Assembly: GCA_038087875.1 (NCBI GenBank)
Contig: JAXLNO010000469.1
Location: 1 to 64,000, forward strand
DNA from: Malacoraja senta
Lineage: Eukaryota
Direction of reading: 5' to 3'
DNA: 64,000 nucleotides
Below the pieces are notes generated by a model. It searched no databases, was not told where the DNA came from, and was given only the letters and a program-made list of their open reading frames with translations. The stretch's first letter is position 1; each line of letters starts with the position of its first letter. Of the stretch, positions 1 through 13,961 are shown piece by piece. The position numbers were made by a program, and so were the translations under genes.

Positions 1-3000
1 GTGGCGACCTTGCTGGGTTTATGGCGAACTTGTCGGAAATATGGCGACCTTGCCGGAAATACTGCGACCTTGCTGGAAATATGGGGACCTTGCCGGATTT
101 GTGGCGACCTTGCCGGAAATATGGCGACCATCCCGGAAATTTAGCGACCTTGCCGGATTTGTGGCGACCTTGCCGGATTTATGGCGACCTTGTCGGAAAT
201 ATGGCGACATTGCCGGATTTGTGGCGACCTTGCCGGAAATATTGCGACCTTGCTAGAAATATGGGGACATTGTCGCATTTGTCGCGACCTTGCCGGATTT
301 ATGGCGACCTTGCCGGAAAATATGGCGACCTCGCCGGATTTGTGGCGACCTTGCCGGATTTATGACGACCTTGCCGGATATATGGCGACCTTGCCGGAAA
401 TATGGCGACATTGCCGGATGTGTGGCGACCTTACCGGATTTATGGCGACCTTGCTGGAAATATGGCGACCTTGCCGGATTTGTGGCGACCTTGACGGATT
501 TATGGTGAACTTGCCGGACTTTTAGCGAACTTGCCGGAAATATGGGGACCTCGCCGGATTTCTGTCGACCTTGCCGGATTTATGACGACCTTGCCGGATT
601 TATGGCGACCTTGCCTGAAATCTGGCGACCTTGCCGAATTTGTGGCGAACTTGCCGGATTTATGGGGACCTCACCGGATTTGTGGCGACCTTGCCGGTTT
701 TATGACGACCTTGCCGGAAATATGGCGACTTCGCCGGATTTGTGGCGACCTTGCCGGATTTGAGGCTACCTTGCCGGAAATATGGCGACCTCGCCGGATT
801 TGTGGCGGCCTTGCCGGAATTGTGGCGACCTTGCCGGAAATATCGCGATCTCGCCGGATTTGTGGCGACCTTGCCGGATTTATGGCGAACTTGCCGGATT
901 GATGGCGACCTTGCCGGATTTGTGGCGACCTTGCCTAATTTATGATGACCTTGACGGATTTATGGCGACCTTGCCGGGAATATGGCGACCTCGCTGGATT
1001 TGTGGCGACCTTGCCGGTTTATGGCTACCTCGCCGGATTCATGGCGACCTTGCCGGATTTGTGGCGACCTTGCCGGAAATATAGCGACCTTGCCGGATTT
1101 GTGGCGACCTATCCGGATTTAAGTCAAGTCAAGTCAAGTCAAGTGAGTTTATTTATGGCGACCTTGTCGGAAATATGGCGACCTTGCCGGATTTGTGGCG
1201 ACCTTGCCGGAAATATTGCGACCTTGCTGGAAATATGGGGACATTGCCGTATTTGTCGCGACCTTGCCGGATTTATGGCGACCTTGCCGGAAAATATGGC
1301 GACCTCGCCGGATTTGTGGCGACCTTGCCGGATATATCGCGACTTTGTCGGAAATATGGCGACATTGCCGGATTTGTGGCGACCTTGCCGGATTTAAGAC
1401 GACCTTGCCGGATTTGTGGCGACCTTGCCTGAAATATGGCGACCTCGCCGGATTTGTGGCGACCTTGCCGGGTTTATGGCGAACTTGTCGGAAATATGGC
1501 GACCTTGCCGGAAATACTGCGACCTTGCTGGAAATATGGGGACCTTGCCGGATTTGTGGCGACCTTGCCGGAAATATGGCGACTTTCCCGGAAATATAGC
1601 GACCTTGCCGGATTTGTGGCGACCTTGCCGTATTTATGGCGACCTTGCGGAAATATGGCGACCTTGCCGGATTTGTGGCGACCTTGCCGGAAATATTGCG
1701 ACCTTGCTGGAAATATGGGGACATTGCCGTATTTGTCGCGACCTCGCCGGATTTGTGGCGACCTTGCCGGATTTATGACGGCCTTGCCGGATATGTGGCG
1801 ACCTTGCCGGAAATATGGCGACATTGCCGGATGTGCGGTGACCTTACCGGATTTATGGCGACCTTGCTGGAAATATGGCGACCTTGCCGGATTTGTGGCG
1901 ACCTTGACGGATTTATGGCGAACTTGCCGGATTTGTAGCGAACTTGCCGGAAATATGGGGACCTCGCCGGATTTCTGTCGACCTTGCCGGATTTATGACG
2001 ACTTTGCCGGATTTATGGCGACCTTGCCGGAAATATGGTGACCGCCGGATTTGTGGCGACCTTGCCGGATTTGAGGCTACCTTGCCGGAAATATGGCGAC
2101 CTCGCCGGATTTGTGGCGACCTTGCCGGAATTGTGGCGACCTTGCCGGAAATATCGCGATCTCGCCGGATTTGTGGCGACCTTGCCGAATTTATCGCGAC
2201 CTTGACGGAAATATGGCGACCTCGCCGGACTTGTGGCGACCTTGCCGGAATTGTGGCGACCTTGCCGGAAATATCGCGATCTCGCCGGATTTGTGGCCAC
2301 CTTGCTGGATTTAGGGCGACCTTGCCGGATTTATCGCGACCTTGCCGGGAATATGGCGACCTCGCTGGATTTGTGGCGACCTTGCCGGTTTATGGCTACC
2401 TTGCCGGATTCATGGCGACCTTGCCGGATTTGTGGCGACCTTGCCGAATTCATGGCGACCTTGACGGAAATATGGCGACCTTGCTGGATTTGTGGCGACC
2501 TTGCCGGAAATATGGCGACGTTGCCGGATATACGGCGACCTGGCCTGATTTATGGCAACCTTGCCGGAAATATGGCGACCTTGTCGGAAATATGGCGACC
2601 TTGTCGGATTTGTGGCGACCTTGTCGGATTTATGGCGACCTTGTCGGAAATATGGCGACCTTGTCGGATTTGTGGCGACCTTGCCGGATATATTGCGACC
2701 ATGCTGGAAATATGGGGACCTTGCCGTATTTGTGGCGACCTTGCCGGATTTATAGCGACTTTTCCGGAAATATGGCGCCATTGCCGGATTTGAGGCGACC
2801 TTGCCGGATTTATGGCGACCTTGCCGGAAATATGGCGACCTTGCCGGATTTGTGGCGACCTTGCCGGATATATTGCGACCATGCTGGAAACATGGGGACC
2901 TTGCCGTATTTGTGGCGACCTTGCCGGGTTTATGGCGACTTTTCCGGAAATATGGCGCCATTGCCGGATTTGAGGCGACCTTGCCGGATTTATGTCGACC

Positions 3001-6000
3001 TTGCCGGATTTGTATCGACCTTGCCGGAAATATGGCGACCTCGCCGGATCTGTGGCGACCTTGCCGGATTTATGGCCACCTTGCCGGAAATATGGCGACC
3101 TCGCCGGATTTGTGGCGATCTTGCCGGATTTATGGCGACCTTGCCGGATTTATGGCGACCTCGCCGGATTTGTGGCGACCTTGCCGGATTTATGACGACC
3201 TTGCCGGACATATGGCGACTTCGCCGGATTTATGGCGACCTTGCCGGATTTGAGGCGACCTTGCTGGAAATATGGCGACCTTGTCGGATTTGTGGCGACC
3301 TTGCCGGAATTGTGGCGTCCTTGCCGGAAATATCGCGATCTCGCCAGATTTGTGGTGACCTTGCCGGATTTATGGCGAACTTGCCGGATTGATGGCGACC
3401 TTGCCGGATTTGTGGCGACCTTGCCGAATTTATGGCGACCTTGACGGAAATATGGCGACCTCGCCGGACTTGTGGCGACCTTGCCGGAATTGTGGCGACC
3501 TTGCCGGAAATATCGCGATCTCGCCGGATATGTGGCGACCTTGCCGGATTTATGGCGACCTTGCCGGATTTATGGCGACCTTGCCGGGAATATGGCGACC
3601 TCGCTGGATTTGTGGCGACCTTGCCGGTTTATGGCGACTTTTCCGGAACTATGGCGCCATTGCCGGATTTGAGGCGACCTTGCCGGATTTATGGCGACCT
3701 TGCCGGAAATATGGCGACCTTGCCGGATTTGTGGCGATCTTGCCGGATATTTTGCGACCATGCTGGATATATGGGGACCTTGCCGTATTTGTGGCGACCT
3801 TGCCAGATTTATGGCGACTTTTCCGGAAATATGGCGCCTTTGCCGGATTTGAGGCGACCTTGCCGGATTTATGTCGACCTTGCCGGATTTGTATCGACCT
3901 TGCCGGAAATTTGGCGACCTCGCCGGATCTGTGGCGACCTTGCCGTATTTATGGCGACCTTGCCGGAAATATGGCGACCTCGCCGGATTTGTGGCGATCT
4001 TGCCGGATTTATGGTGACCTTGCCTGAAATATGGCGACCTCGCCGGATTTGTGGTGAACTTGCTGGATTGATGGCGACCTTGCCGGAAATATGACTACCT
4101 CGCCGGATTTGTGGCGACCTTTCTGGATTTATGGCGACCTTGCCGGAAATATGGCGACCTTGCCGGATGTGTGGCGATCTTGCCGGATTTATGGCGACCT
4201 TGCTGGAAATATGGCGACCTTGCCGGATTTGTGGCGACCTTGCCGGATTTATGGCGAACTTGCCGGATTTGTGGCGAACTTGCTGGAAATATGGGGACCT
4301 CGCCGGATTTTTGGCGACCTTGCGGAAATATGGCGACCTTGCCGGATTTGTGGCGACCTTGCCGGAAATATTGCGACCTTGCTGGAAATATGGGGACATT
4401 GCCGTATTTGTCGCGACCTCGCCGGATTTGTGGCGACCTTGCCGGTTTTATGACGGCCTTGCCGGATATGTGGCGACCTTGCCGGAAATATGGCGACATT
4501 GCCGGATGTGCGGCGACCTTACCGGATTTATGGCGACCTTGCTGGAAATATGGCGACCTTGCCGGATTTGTGGCGACCTTGACGGATTTATGGCGAACTT
4601 GCCGGATTTGTAGCGAACTTGCCGGAAATATGGGGACCTCGCCGGATTTCTGTCGACCTTGCCGGATTTATGACGACTTTGCCGGATTTATGGCGACCTT
4701 GCCGGAAATATGGTGACCGCCGGATTTGTGGCGACCTTGCCGGATTTGAGGCTACCTTGCCGGAAATATGGCGACCTCGCCGGATTTGTGGCGACCTTGC
4801 CGGAATTGTGGCGACCTTGCCTGAAATATCGCGATCTCGCCGGATTTGTGGCGACCTTGCCGGATTTATGGCGAACTTGCCGGATTGATGGCGACCTTGC
4901 CGGATTTGTGGCGACCTTGCCGAATTTATCGCGACCTTGACGGAAATACGGCGACCTCGCCGGACTTGTGGCGACCTTGCCGGAATTGTGGCGACCTTGC
5001 CGGAAATATCGCGATCTCGCCGGATTTGTGGCCACCTTGCTGGATTTAGGGCGACCTTGCCGGATTTTTGGCGACCTTGCCGGGAATATGGCGACCTCGC
5101 TGGATTTGTGGCGACCTTGCCGGTTTATGGCTACCTTGTCGGATTCATGGCGACCTTGCCGGATTTGTGGCGACCTTGCCGAATTCATGGCGACCTTGAC
5201 GGAAATATGGCGACCTTGCTGGATTTGTGGCGACCTTGCCGGAAATATGGCGACGTTGCCGGAAATACGGCGACCTGGCCGGATTTATGGCAACCTTGCC
5301 GGAAATATGGCGACCTTGCCGGAAATATGGCGACCTTGTCGGATTTGTGGCGACCTTGTCGGATTTATGGCGACCTTGTCGGAAATATGGCGACCTTGTC
5401 GGATTTGTGGCGACCTTGCCGGATATATTGCGACCATGCTGGAAATATGGGGACCTTGCCGTATTTGTGGCGACCTTGCCGGATTTATAGCGACTTTTCC
5501 GGAAATATGGCGCCATTGCCGGATTTGAGGCGACCTTGCCGGATTTATGGCGACCTTGCCGGAAATATGGCGACCTTGCCGGATTTGTGGCGACCTTGCC
5601 GGATATATTGCGAACATGCTGGAAATATGGGGACCTTGCCGTATTTGTGGCGACCTTGCCGGGTTTATGGCGACTTTTCCGGAAATATGGCGCCATTGCC
5701 GGATTTGAGGCGACCTTGCCGGATTTATGTCGACCTTGCCGGTTTGTATCGACCTTGCCGGAAATATGGCGACCTCGCCGGATCTGTGGCGACCTTGCCG
5801 GATTTATGGCGACCTTGCCGGAAATATGGCGACCTCGCTGGATTTGTGGCGATCTTGCCGGATTTATGGCGACCTTGCCGGATTTATGGCGACCTCGCCG
5901 GATTTGTGGCGACCTTGCCGGATTTATGACGACCTTGCCGGACATATGGCGACTTCGCCGGATTTGTGGCGACCTTGCCGGATTTGAGGCGACCTTGCTG

Positions 6001-8046
6001 GAAATATGGCGACCTTGTCGGATTTGTGGCGACCTTGCCGGAATTGTGGCGTCCTTGCCGGAAATATCGCGATCTCGCCGGATTTGTGGTGACCTTGCCG
6101 GATTTATGGCGAACTTGCCGGATTGATGGCGACCTTGCCGGATTTGTGGCGACCTTGCCGAATTTATGGCGACCTTGACGGAAATATGGCGACCTCGCCG
6201 GACTTGTGGCGACCTTGCCGGAATTGTGGCGACCTTGCCGGAAATATTGCGATCTCGCCGGATATGTGGCGACCTTGCCGGATTTATGGCGAACTTGCCG
6301 GATTTATGGCGACCTTGCCGGGAATATGGCGACCTCGCTGGATTTGTGGCGACCTTGCCGGTTTATGGCGACTTTTCCGGAACTATGGCGCAATTGCCGG
6401 ATTTGAGGCGACCTTGCCGGATTTATGGCGACCTTGCCGGAAATATGGCGACCTTGCCGGATTTGTGGCGATCTTGCCGGATATTTTTGCGACCATGCTG
6501 GATATATGGGGACCTTGCCGTATTTGTGGCGACCTTGCCGGATTTATGGCGACTTTTCCGGAAATATGGCGCCTTTGCCGGATTTGAGGCGACCTTGCCG
6601 TATTTATGGCGACCTTGCCGGAAATATGGCGACCTCGCCGGATTTGTGGTGATCTTGCCGGATTTATGGTGACCTTGCCTGAAATATGGCGACCTCGCCG
6701 GATTTGTGGTGAACTTGCTGGATTGATGGCGACCTTGCCGGAAATATGACTACCTCGCCGGATTTGTGGCGACCTTTCTGGATTTATGGCGACCTTGCCG
6801 GAAATATGGCGACATTGCCGGATGTGTGGCGATCTTGCCGGATTTATGGCGACCTTGCTGGAAATATGGCGACCTTGCCGGATTTGTGGCGACCTTGCCG
6901 GATTTATGGCGAACTTGCCGGATTTGTGGCGAACTTGCTGGAAATATGGGGACCTCGCCGGATTTTTGGCGACCATGCCGGATTTATGACGACCTTGCCG
7001 TATTTATAGCGACCTTGCCTGAAATATGGCGACCTTGCCGAATTTATGGCGACCTTGCCGGATTTATGGCGACCTCGCCGGATTTGTGGCGACCTTGCCG
7101 GATTTATGGCGACCTTGCCGGAAATATGGTGACCTCGCCGGATTTGTGGCGACCTTGCCGGATTTATGACGACCTTGTCGGAAATATGGCGACCTCGCCG
7201 GATTTCTGGCGACCTTGCCGGTTTTGAGGCGACCTTGCCGGAAATATGGCGACCTCGCCGGATTTGTGGCGACCTTGCCCGATTTATGGCGACCTTGCCG
7301 GATTTATGGCGACCTTGCCGGGAATATGGCCACCTCGCTGGATTTGTCGCGACCTTGCCGGATTTATGGCTACCTCGCCGGATTTATGGCGACCTTGCCG
7401 GATTTGTGGTGACCTTGCCGAATTTTTTGGCGACCTTGACGGAAATATGGCGGCCTTGCTGGATTTGTGGCGACCTTGCCGGAAATATGGCGACCTTGCC
7501 GGAAATATGGCGACCTGGCCGGATTTATGGCAACCTTGCCGAGAATATGGCGACCTTGCCGGAAATATGGCGACGTTGCCGGAAATACGGCGACCTGGCC
7601 GGATTTATGGCAACCTTGCCGGAAATATGGCGACCTTGCCGGAAATATGGCGACCTTGTCGGATTTGTGGCGACATTGCCGGATTTATGGCGACCTTGTC
7701 GGAAATATGGCGACCTTGTCGGATTTGTGGCGACCTTGCCGGATATATTGCGACCATGCTGGAAATATGGGGACCTTGCCGTATTTGTGGCGACCTTGCC
7801 GGATTTATAGCGACTTTTCCGGAAATATGGCGCCATTGCCGGATTTGAGGCGACCTTGCCGGATTTATGGCGACCTTGCCGGAAATATGGCGACCTTGCC
7901 GGATTTGTGGCGACCTTGCCGGATATATTGCGACCATGCTGGAAATATGGGGACCTTGCCGTAAGTGTGGCGACCTTGCCGGGTTTATGGCGACTTTTCC
8001 GGAAATATGGCGCCATTGCCGGATTTGAGGCGACCTTGCCGGATTT
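1..8046. repeat. 20-bp CpG-rich tandem satellite, block 1
   Basis: Continuous 20-bp periodicity; main monomer types GGCGACCTTGCCGGATTTGT, ...GGATTTAT and ...GGAAATAT; occasional 18, 19 and 21-bp monomers. Confidence 0.98.
1121..1153 (-). mobile_element. Extremely 5'-truncated retroposon 3' tail
   Basis: Minus strand reads AATAAACTCACTT(GACTT)4; flanked by duplicated ATTTA (1117-1121, 1151-1155); the paralogous satellite position at about 171-190 lacks it; resembles the tail at 47360-47392. Confidence 0.65.
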
Positions 8047-10188
8047 GGATATGCAATGGAAGGCATTTAAAGACTGCATGGATGAACTACAAAAAATTTT
8101 CATCCCAGTTTGGCAAAAGAATAAATCAGGGAAGGTAGTGCATCCGTGGATAACAAGGGAAATCAGGGATAGTATCAAAGCAAAAGATGTTGCGTACAAA
8201 TTAGCCAGAAAAAGCAGCATACCAGAGGACTGGGAGAAATTCAGAGACCAGCAGAGGAGGACAAAGGGCTTAATTAGGAAAGGGAGAATAGATTATGAAA
8301 GGAAACTGGCAGGGAACATAAAAACTGACTGCAGAAGTTTTTAATGATATGTGAAGAGAAAGAGATTAGTTAAAACAAATGTAGGTCCCTTGCAGTCAGA
8401 AACAGGTGAATTGATCATGGGGAACAAGGATATGGCGGACCAATTGAATAACTACTTTGGTTCCGTCTTCACTAAGGAAGACATAAATAATCTGCCGGAA
8501 ATAGCAGGGGGCCGCGGGTCAAAGGAGATGGAGGAACTGAGTGAAATCCAGGTTAGTCGGGAAGTGGTGTTGGGTAAATTGAATGGATTAAAGGCCGATA
8601 AATCACCAGGGCCAGATAGGCTGCATCCCAGAGTACTTAAGGAAGTAGCTCCAGAAATAGTGGATGCATTAGTGATAATTTTTCAAAATTCTTTAGATTC
8701 TGGAGTAGTTCATGAGGATTGGAGGGTAGCAAACGTAACCCCACTTTTTAAGAAGGGAGGGAGAGAGTAAACGGGGAATTACAGACCAGTTAGTCTAACA
8801 TCGGTAGTGGGGAAACTGCTAGAGTCAGTTATTAAAGATGGGATAGCAGCACATTTGGAAAGTGGTGAAATCATTGGACAAAGTCAGCATGGATTTACGA
8901 AAGGTAAATCGTGTCTGACGAATCTTATAGAATTTTTCGAGGATGTAACTAGTAGAGTGGATAGGGGAGAACCCGTGGATGTGTTGTATCTGGACTTTCA
9001 GAAGGCTTTCGACAAGGTACCACATAAGAGATTAGGATACAAACTTAAATCACACGGTATTGGGGGTTCAGTATTGATGTGGATAGACAACTGGCTGGCA
9101 AACAGGAAGCAAAGAGTAGGAGTAAACGGGTCCTTTTCACAATGGCAGGCAGTGACTAGTGGGGTACCGCAAGGCTCAGTGCTGGGACCCCAGCTATTTA
9201 CAATTTATATTAATGATCTGGACGAGGGAATTGAAAGCAACATCTCCAAGTTTGCGGATGACACTAAGATGGGGGGCAGTGTTAGCTGTGAGGAGGATGC
9301 TAGGAGACTGCAAGGTGACTTGGATAGGCTGGGTGAGTGGGCAAATATTTGGCAGATGCAGTATAATGTGGATAAATGTGAGGTTATCCACTTTGGTGGC
9401 AAAACGGGAAGGCAGACTATTATCTAAATGGTGGCCGATTAGGAAATGGGGAGGTGCAGCGAGACCTGGGTGTCATGGTACACCAGTCATTGAAAGTAGG
9501 CATGCAGGTGCAGCAGGCAGTGAAGAAAGCGAATGGTATGTTGGCCTTCATAGCAAGAGGATGTGAGTATAGGAGCAGGGAGGTTCTACTGCAGTTGTAC
9601 AGGGTCTTGGTGAGACCACACCTGGAGTATTGCGTACAGTTTTGGTCCCCAAATCTGAGGAAGGACATTATAGCCATAGAGGGAGTGCAGAGAAGGTTCA
9701 CCAGACTGATTCCTGGGATGTCAGGACTTTCATATGAAGAAAGACTGGATAGACTTGGCTTATACTCGCTAGAATTTAGGAGATTGAGAGGGGATCTTAT
9801 AGAAACGTACAACATTCTTGTGGGGTTGGACAGGCTAGATGCAGGAAGATTGTTCCCGATGTTGGGGAAGTCCAGGACAAGGGGTCACAACTTAAGGATA
9901 AGGGGGAAATCCTTTAAGACCGAGATGAGGAAAAACTTTTTCACACAGAGAGTGGTGAATCTCTGGAACTCTCTGCCACAGAGGGTAGTTGAGGCCAGTT
10001 CATTGGCTATATTTAAGAGGGAGTTAGATGTGGCCCTTGTGGCTAAAGGGATCAGGGGGTATGGAGAGAAGGCAGGTACGGGATACTGAGTTGGATGATC
10101 AGCCATGATCATATTGAATGGCGGTGCAGGCTCGAAGGGCCGAATGGCCTACTCCTGCACCTATTTTCTATGTATCTATGTATCTATG
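8047..10188 (+). mobile_element. CR1 LINE (family A), 5'-truncated, disrupted ORF2 with RT, intact 3' end
   Basis: RT motifs [40 protein letters not shown]1-type C-terminus [16 protein letters not shown]2 stop at 10089; premature stops near 8343 and 8768 and a frameshift near 9405; octamer tail (TWTCTATG)3. Confidence 0.96.
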
Positions 10189-13134
10189 TCGACCTTGCCG
10201 GATTTGTATCGACCTTGCCGGAAATATGGCGACCTCGCCGGATCTGTGGCGACCTTGCCGGATTTATGGCGACCTTGCCGGAAATATGGCGACCTCGCCG
10301 GATTTGTGGCGATCTTGCCGGATTTATGGCGACCTTGCCGGATTTATGGCGACCTCGCCGGATTTGTGGCGACCTTGCCGGATTTATGACGACATTGCCG
10401 GACATATGGCGACTTCGCCGGATTTGTGGCGACCTTGCCGGATTTGAGGCGACCTTGCTGGAAAAATGGCGACCTTGTCGGATTTGTGGCGACTTTGCCG
10501 GAATTGTGGCGACCTTGCCGGAAATATCGCGATCTCGCCGGATTTGTGGTGACCTTGCCGGATTTATGGCGAACTTGCCGGATTGATGGCGACCTTGCCG
10601 GATTTGTGGCGACCTTGCCGAATTTATGGCAACCTTGCCGGAAATGTGGCGACCTTGCCGGAAATATGGCGACCTTGTCGGATTTGTGGCGACCTTGCCG
10701 GATTTATGGCGACCTTGCCGGAAATATGGCGACCTTGTCGGATTTGTGGCGACCTTGCCGGATATATTGCGACCATGCTGGAAATATGGGACCTTGCCGG
10801 ATTTGTGGCGAACTTGCCGGATTTATGGCGACTTTTCCGGAAATATGGCGCCATTGCCGGATTTGAGGCGACCTTGCCGGATTTATGGCGACCTTGCCGG
10901 AAATATGGCGACCTTGCCGGATTTGTGGCGACCTTGCCGGATATTTTGCGACCATGCTGGATATATGGGGACCTTGCCGTATTTGTGGCGACCTTGCCGG
11001 ATTTATGTCGACTTTTTCGGAAATATGGCGCCATTGCCGGATTTGAGGCGACCTTGCCGGATTTATGTCGACCTTGCCGGATTTGTATCGACTTTGCCGG
11101 AAATATGGCGACCTCGCCGGATCTGTGGCGACCTTGCCGGATTTATGGCGACCTTGCCGGAAATATGGCGACCTCGCTGGATTTGTGGCGATCTTGCCGG
11201 ATTTTTGGCGACCTTGCCTGAAATATGGCGACCTCGCCGGATTTGTGGTCATCTTGCTGGATTGATGGCAACCTTGCCGGAAATATGACTACCTCGCCGG
11301 ATTTGTGGCGACCTTTCTGGATTTATGGCGACCTTGCCGGAAATATGGCGACCTTGCCGGATGTGTGGCGATCTTGCCGGATTTATGGCGACCTTGCTGG
11401 AAATATGGCGACCTTGCCGGATTTGTGGCGACCTTGCCGGATTTATGGCGAACTTGCCGGATTTGTGGCGAACTTGCGGGAAATATGGGGACCTCGCCGG
11501 ATTTCTGGCGACCATGCCGGATTTATGACGACCTTGCCGTATTTATGGCGACCTTGCCTGAAATATGGCGACCTTGCCGAATTTATGGCGACCTTGCCGG
11601 ATTTATGGCGACCTCGCCGGATTTGTGGCGACCTTGCCGGATTTATGGCGACCTTGCCGGAAATATGGCGACCTCGCCGGATTTGTGGCGACCTTCCCGG
11701 ATTTATGACGACCTTGTCGGAAATATGGCGACCTCGCCGGATTTCTGGCGACCTTGCCGGTTTTGAGGCGACCTTGCCGGAAATATGGCGACCTCGCCGG
11801 ATTTGTGGCTACCTTGCCGGAATTGTGGCGACCTTGCCGGAAATATCGCGATCTCGCCGGATTTGTGGCGACCTTGCCGGATTTGTGGCGACCTTGCCGG
11901 ATTTATGGCGACCTTGCCGGGAATATGGCCACCTCGCTGGATTTGTCGCGACCTTGCCGGATTTATGGCTACCTCGCCGGATTTATGGCGACCTTGCCGG
12001 ATTTGTGGCGACCTTGCCGAATTTTTTGGCGACCTTGACGGAAATATGGCGGCCTTGCTGGATTTGCGGCGACCTTGCCGGAAATATGGCGACCTTGCCG
12101 GAAATATGGCGACCTGGCCGAATTTATGGCAACCTTGCCGGAAATATGGCGACCATGCCGGAAATATGGCGACCTTGCCGGATTTGTGGCGACCTTGCCG
12201 GAAATATGGCGACCTTGCCGTAAATAGAGCGACCTTGCCGGATTTGTGGCGACCTTGCCTGCTTTATGGCGACCTTGCCGGAAATATGGCGACCTTGCCT
12301 GATTTTTGGCGATCTTGCCGGAAATATTGCGACCTTGATGGAAACATGGGGACCTTGCCGGATTTGTGGCGATCTTGCCGGATTTATGGCGACCTTTTCC
12401 GGAAATATGGCGACCTTGCCGGATTTGTGGCGACCTTGCCGGAAATATTGCGAACTTGATGGAAATATGGGGACCTTGCCGTATTTGTGGCTACCTTGCC
12501 GGATTTATTGCGACTTTGTCGGAAATATGGCGACATTGCCGGATTTGTGTCGGCCTTGCCGGATTTATGACGACCTTGCCGGATTTGTGGCGACCTTGCC
12601 GGAAATATGGCGACCTCGCCGGATTTGTGGCGAACTTGCCGGATTTATGGCGACCTTGCCGGAAATATGGCGACCTTGCCGGATTTGTGGCGACCTTGCC
12701 GGAAATATTGCGACCTTGCTGGAAATATGGGGATTTTGCCGGATTTGTGGCGACCTTGCCGGAAATATGGAGACCTTGCCGGAAATATAGCGGCCTTGCC
12801 GGATTTGTGGCGACCTTGCCGGATTTACGGCGACCTTGTCGGAAATATGGCGAGCTTGCCGGATTGTGGCGACCTTGCCGGAAATATTGCGACCTTGCTG
12901 GAAATATGGGGACCTTGCCGTATTTGTCGCGACCTTGCCGGATTTATGGCGACTTTGCCGGAAATATGGCGACATTGCCGGATTTGAGGCGACCTTGCCG
13001 GATTTATGACGACCTTGCCGGATTTATGGCGACCTTGCCGAATTTGTGGCGACCTTGCCGGATTTATGGCGACCTTGCCGGATTTGTGGCGGCCTTGCCG
13101 GATTGATGGCGACCTTGCCGGATTTATGGCGACA
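10189..13134. repeat. 20-bp satellite, block 2
   Basis: Same monomer; continues the higher-order pattern interrupted at 8046. Confidence 0.97.
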
Positions 13135-13757
13135 TATGGAGAGGGTCAGAACTGGACCTAGGTTTGAGATTTTTGTTTGGAGAAAGGCTAACTTTGAGGA
13201 GATGCGAAAGGATTTAAAAGGAGTGAATTGGGACATGTTGTTTTATGGGAAGGATGTAGAAGAAAAATGGACGACATTTAAGGGTGAAATTTTAAGAGTA
13301 CAGAATCTTTATGTCCCTGTTCGGTTGAAAGGAAATAGTAAAAAATGGAAAGAGCCATGGCTTTCAAGGGAAATTGGACACGGTTCGGAAAAAGAGAGAG
13401 ATCTACAATAATTATAGGCAGCATGGAGTAAATGAGGTGCTTGAGGAGTATAAAGAATTTAAAAAGAATATTAAGAAAGAAATTAGAAAAGCTAAAAGAA
13501 GATATGAGGTTGCTTTGGCAAGTAAGGTGAAAGTAAATCCAAAGGGTTTCTACAGCTATATTAATATCAAAAGGATAACAAGGAATAAAATTGGTCCATT
13601 AGAGAGTCAGAGTGGACAGCTATCTGCAGAGCCAAAAGAGATGGGGGAGATATTGAACAATTTCTTTTCTTCGGTATTCACGAAGGAGAAGGATATGGAA
13701 TTATGTGAGGTAAGGGAAACAAGCAGAGTAGCAATGGAAACTGTGAGATTCAAAGAA
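13135..13757 (+). mobile_element. CR1 LINE (family B) internal ORF2 fragment (endonuclease-RT linker)
   Basis: Colinear with about 18490-19107 and 26417-27027; neither terminus present. Confidence 0.93.
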
Positions 13758-13961
13758 CCATATAACCATAACAGTACGGAAACAGGCCATCTCGGCCCAT
13801 CAAGTCCGTGCCGAACATTTTTTTAAAATTAAATTAAAAATATCCTTTAAAAATAGATTGGATGGGTATATGAACGGGAAAGGAATGGAGGGTTATGGTG
13901 TGAGTGCAGGTAGATGGGACTAGGGGGAAGTATTTATTTTTAATTTAATTTTAAAAAAATG
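13758..13961 (-). mobile_element. CR1 family B 3' end on the minus strand with an inverted upstream segment
   Basis: 13758-13842 is the reverse complement of the 3' terminus seen at 20700-20779; 13841-13961 is the preceding ORF2-end/UTR sequence in the opposite orientation (matches about 20548-20645). Confidence 0.9.
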
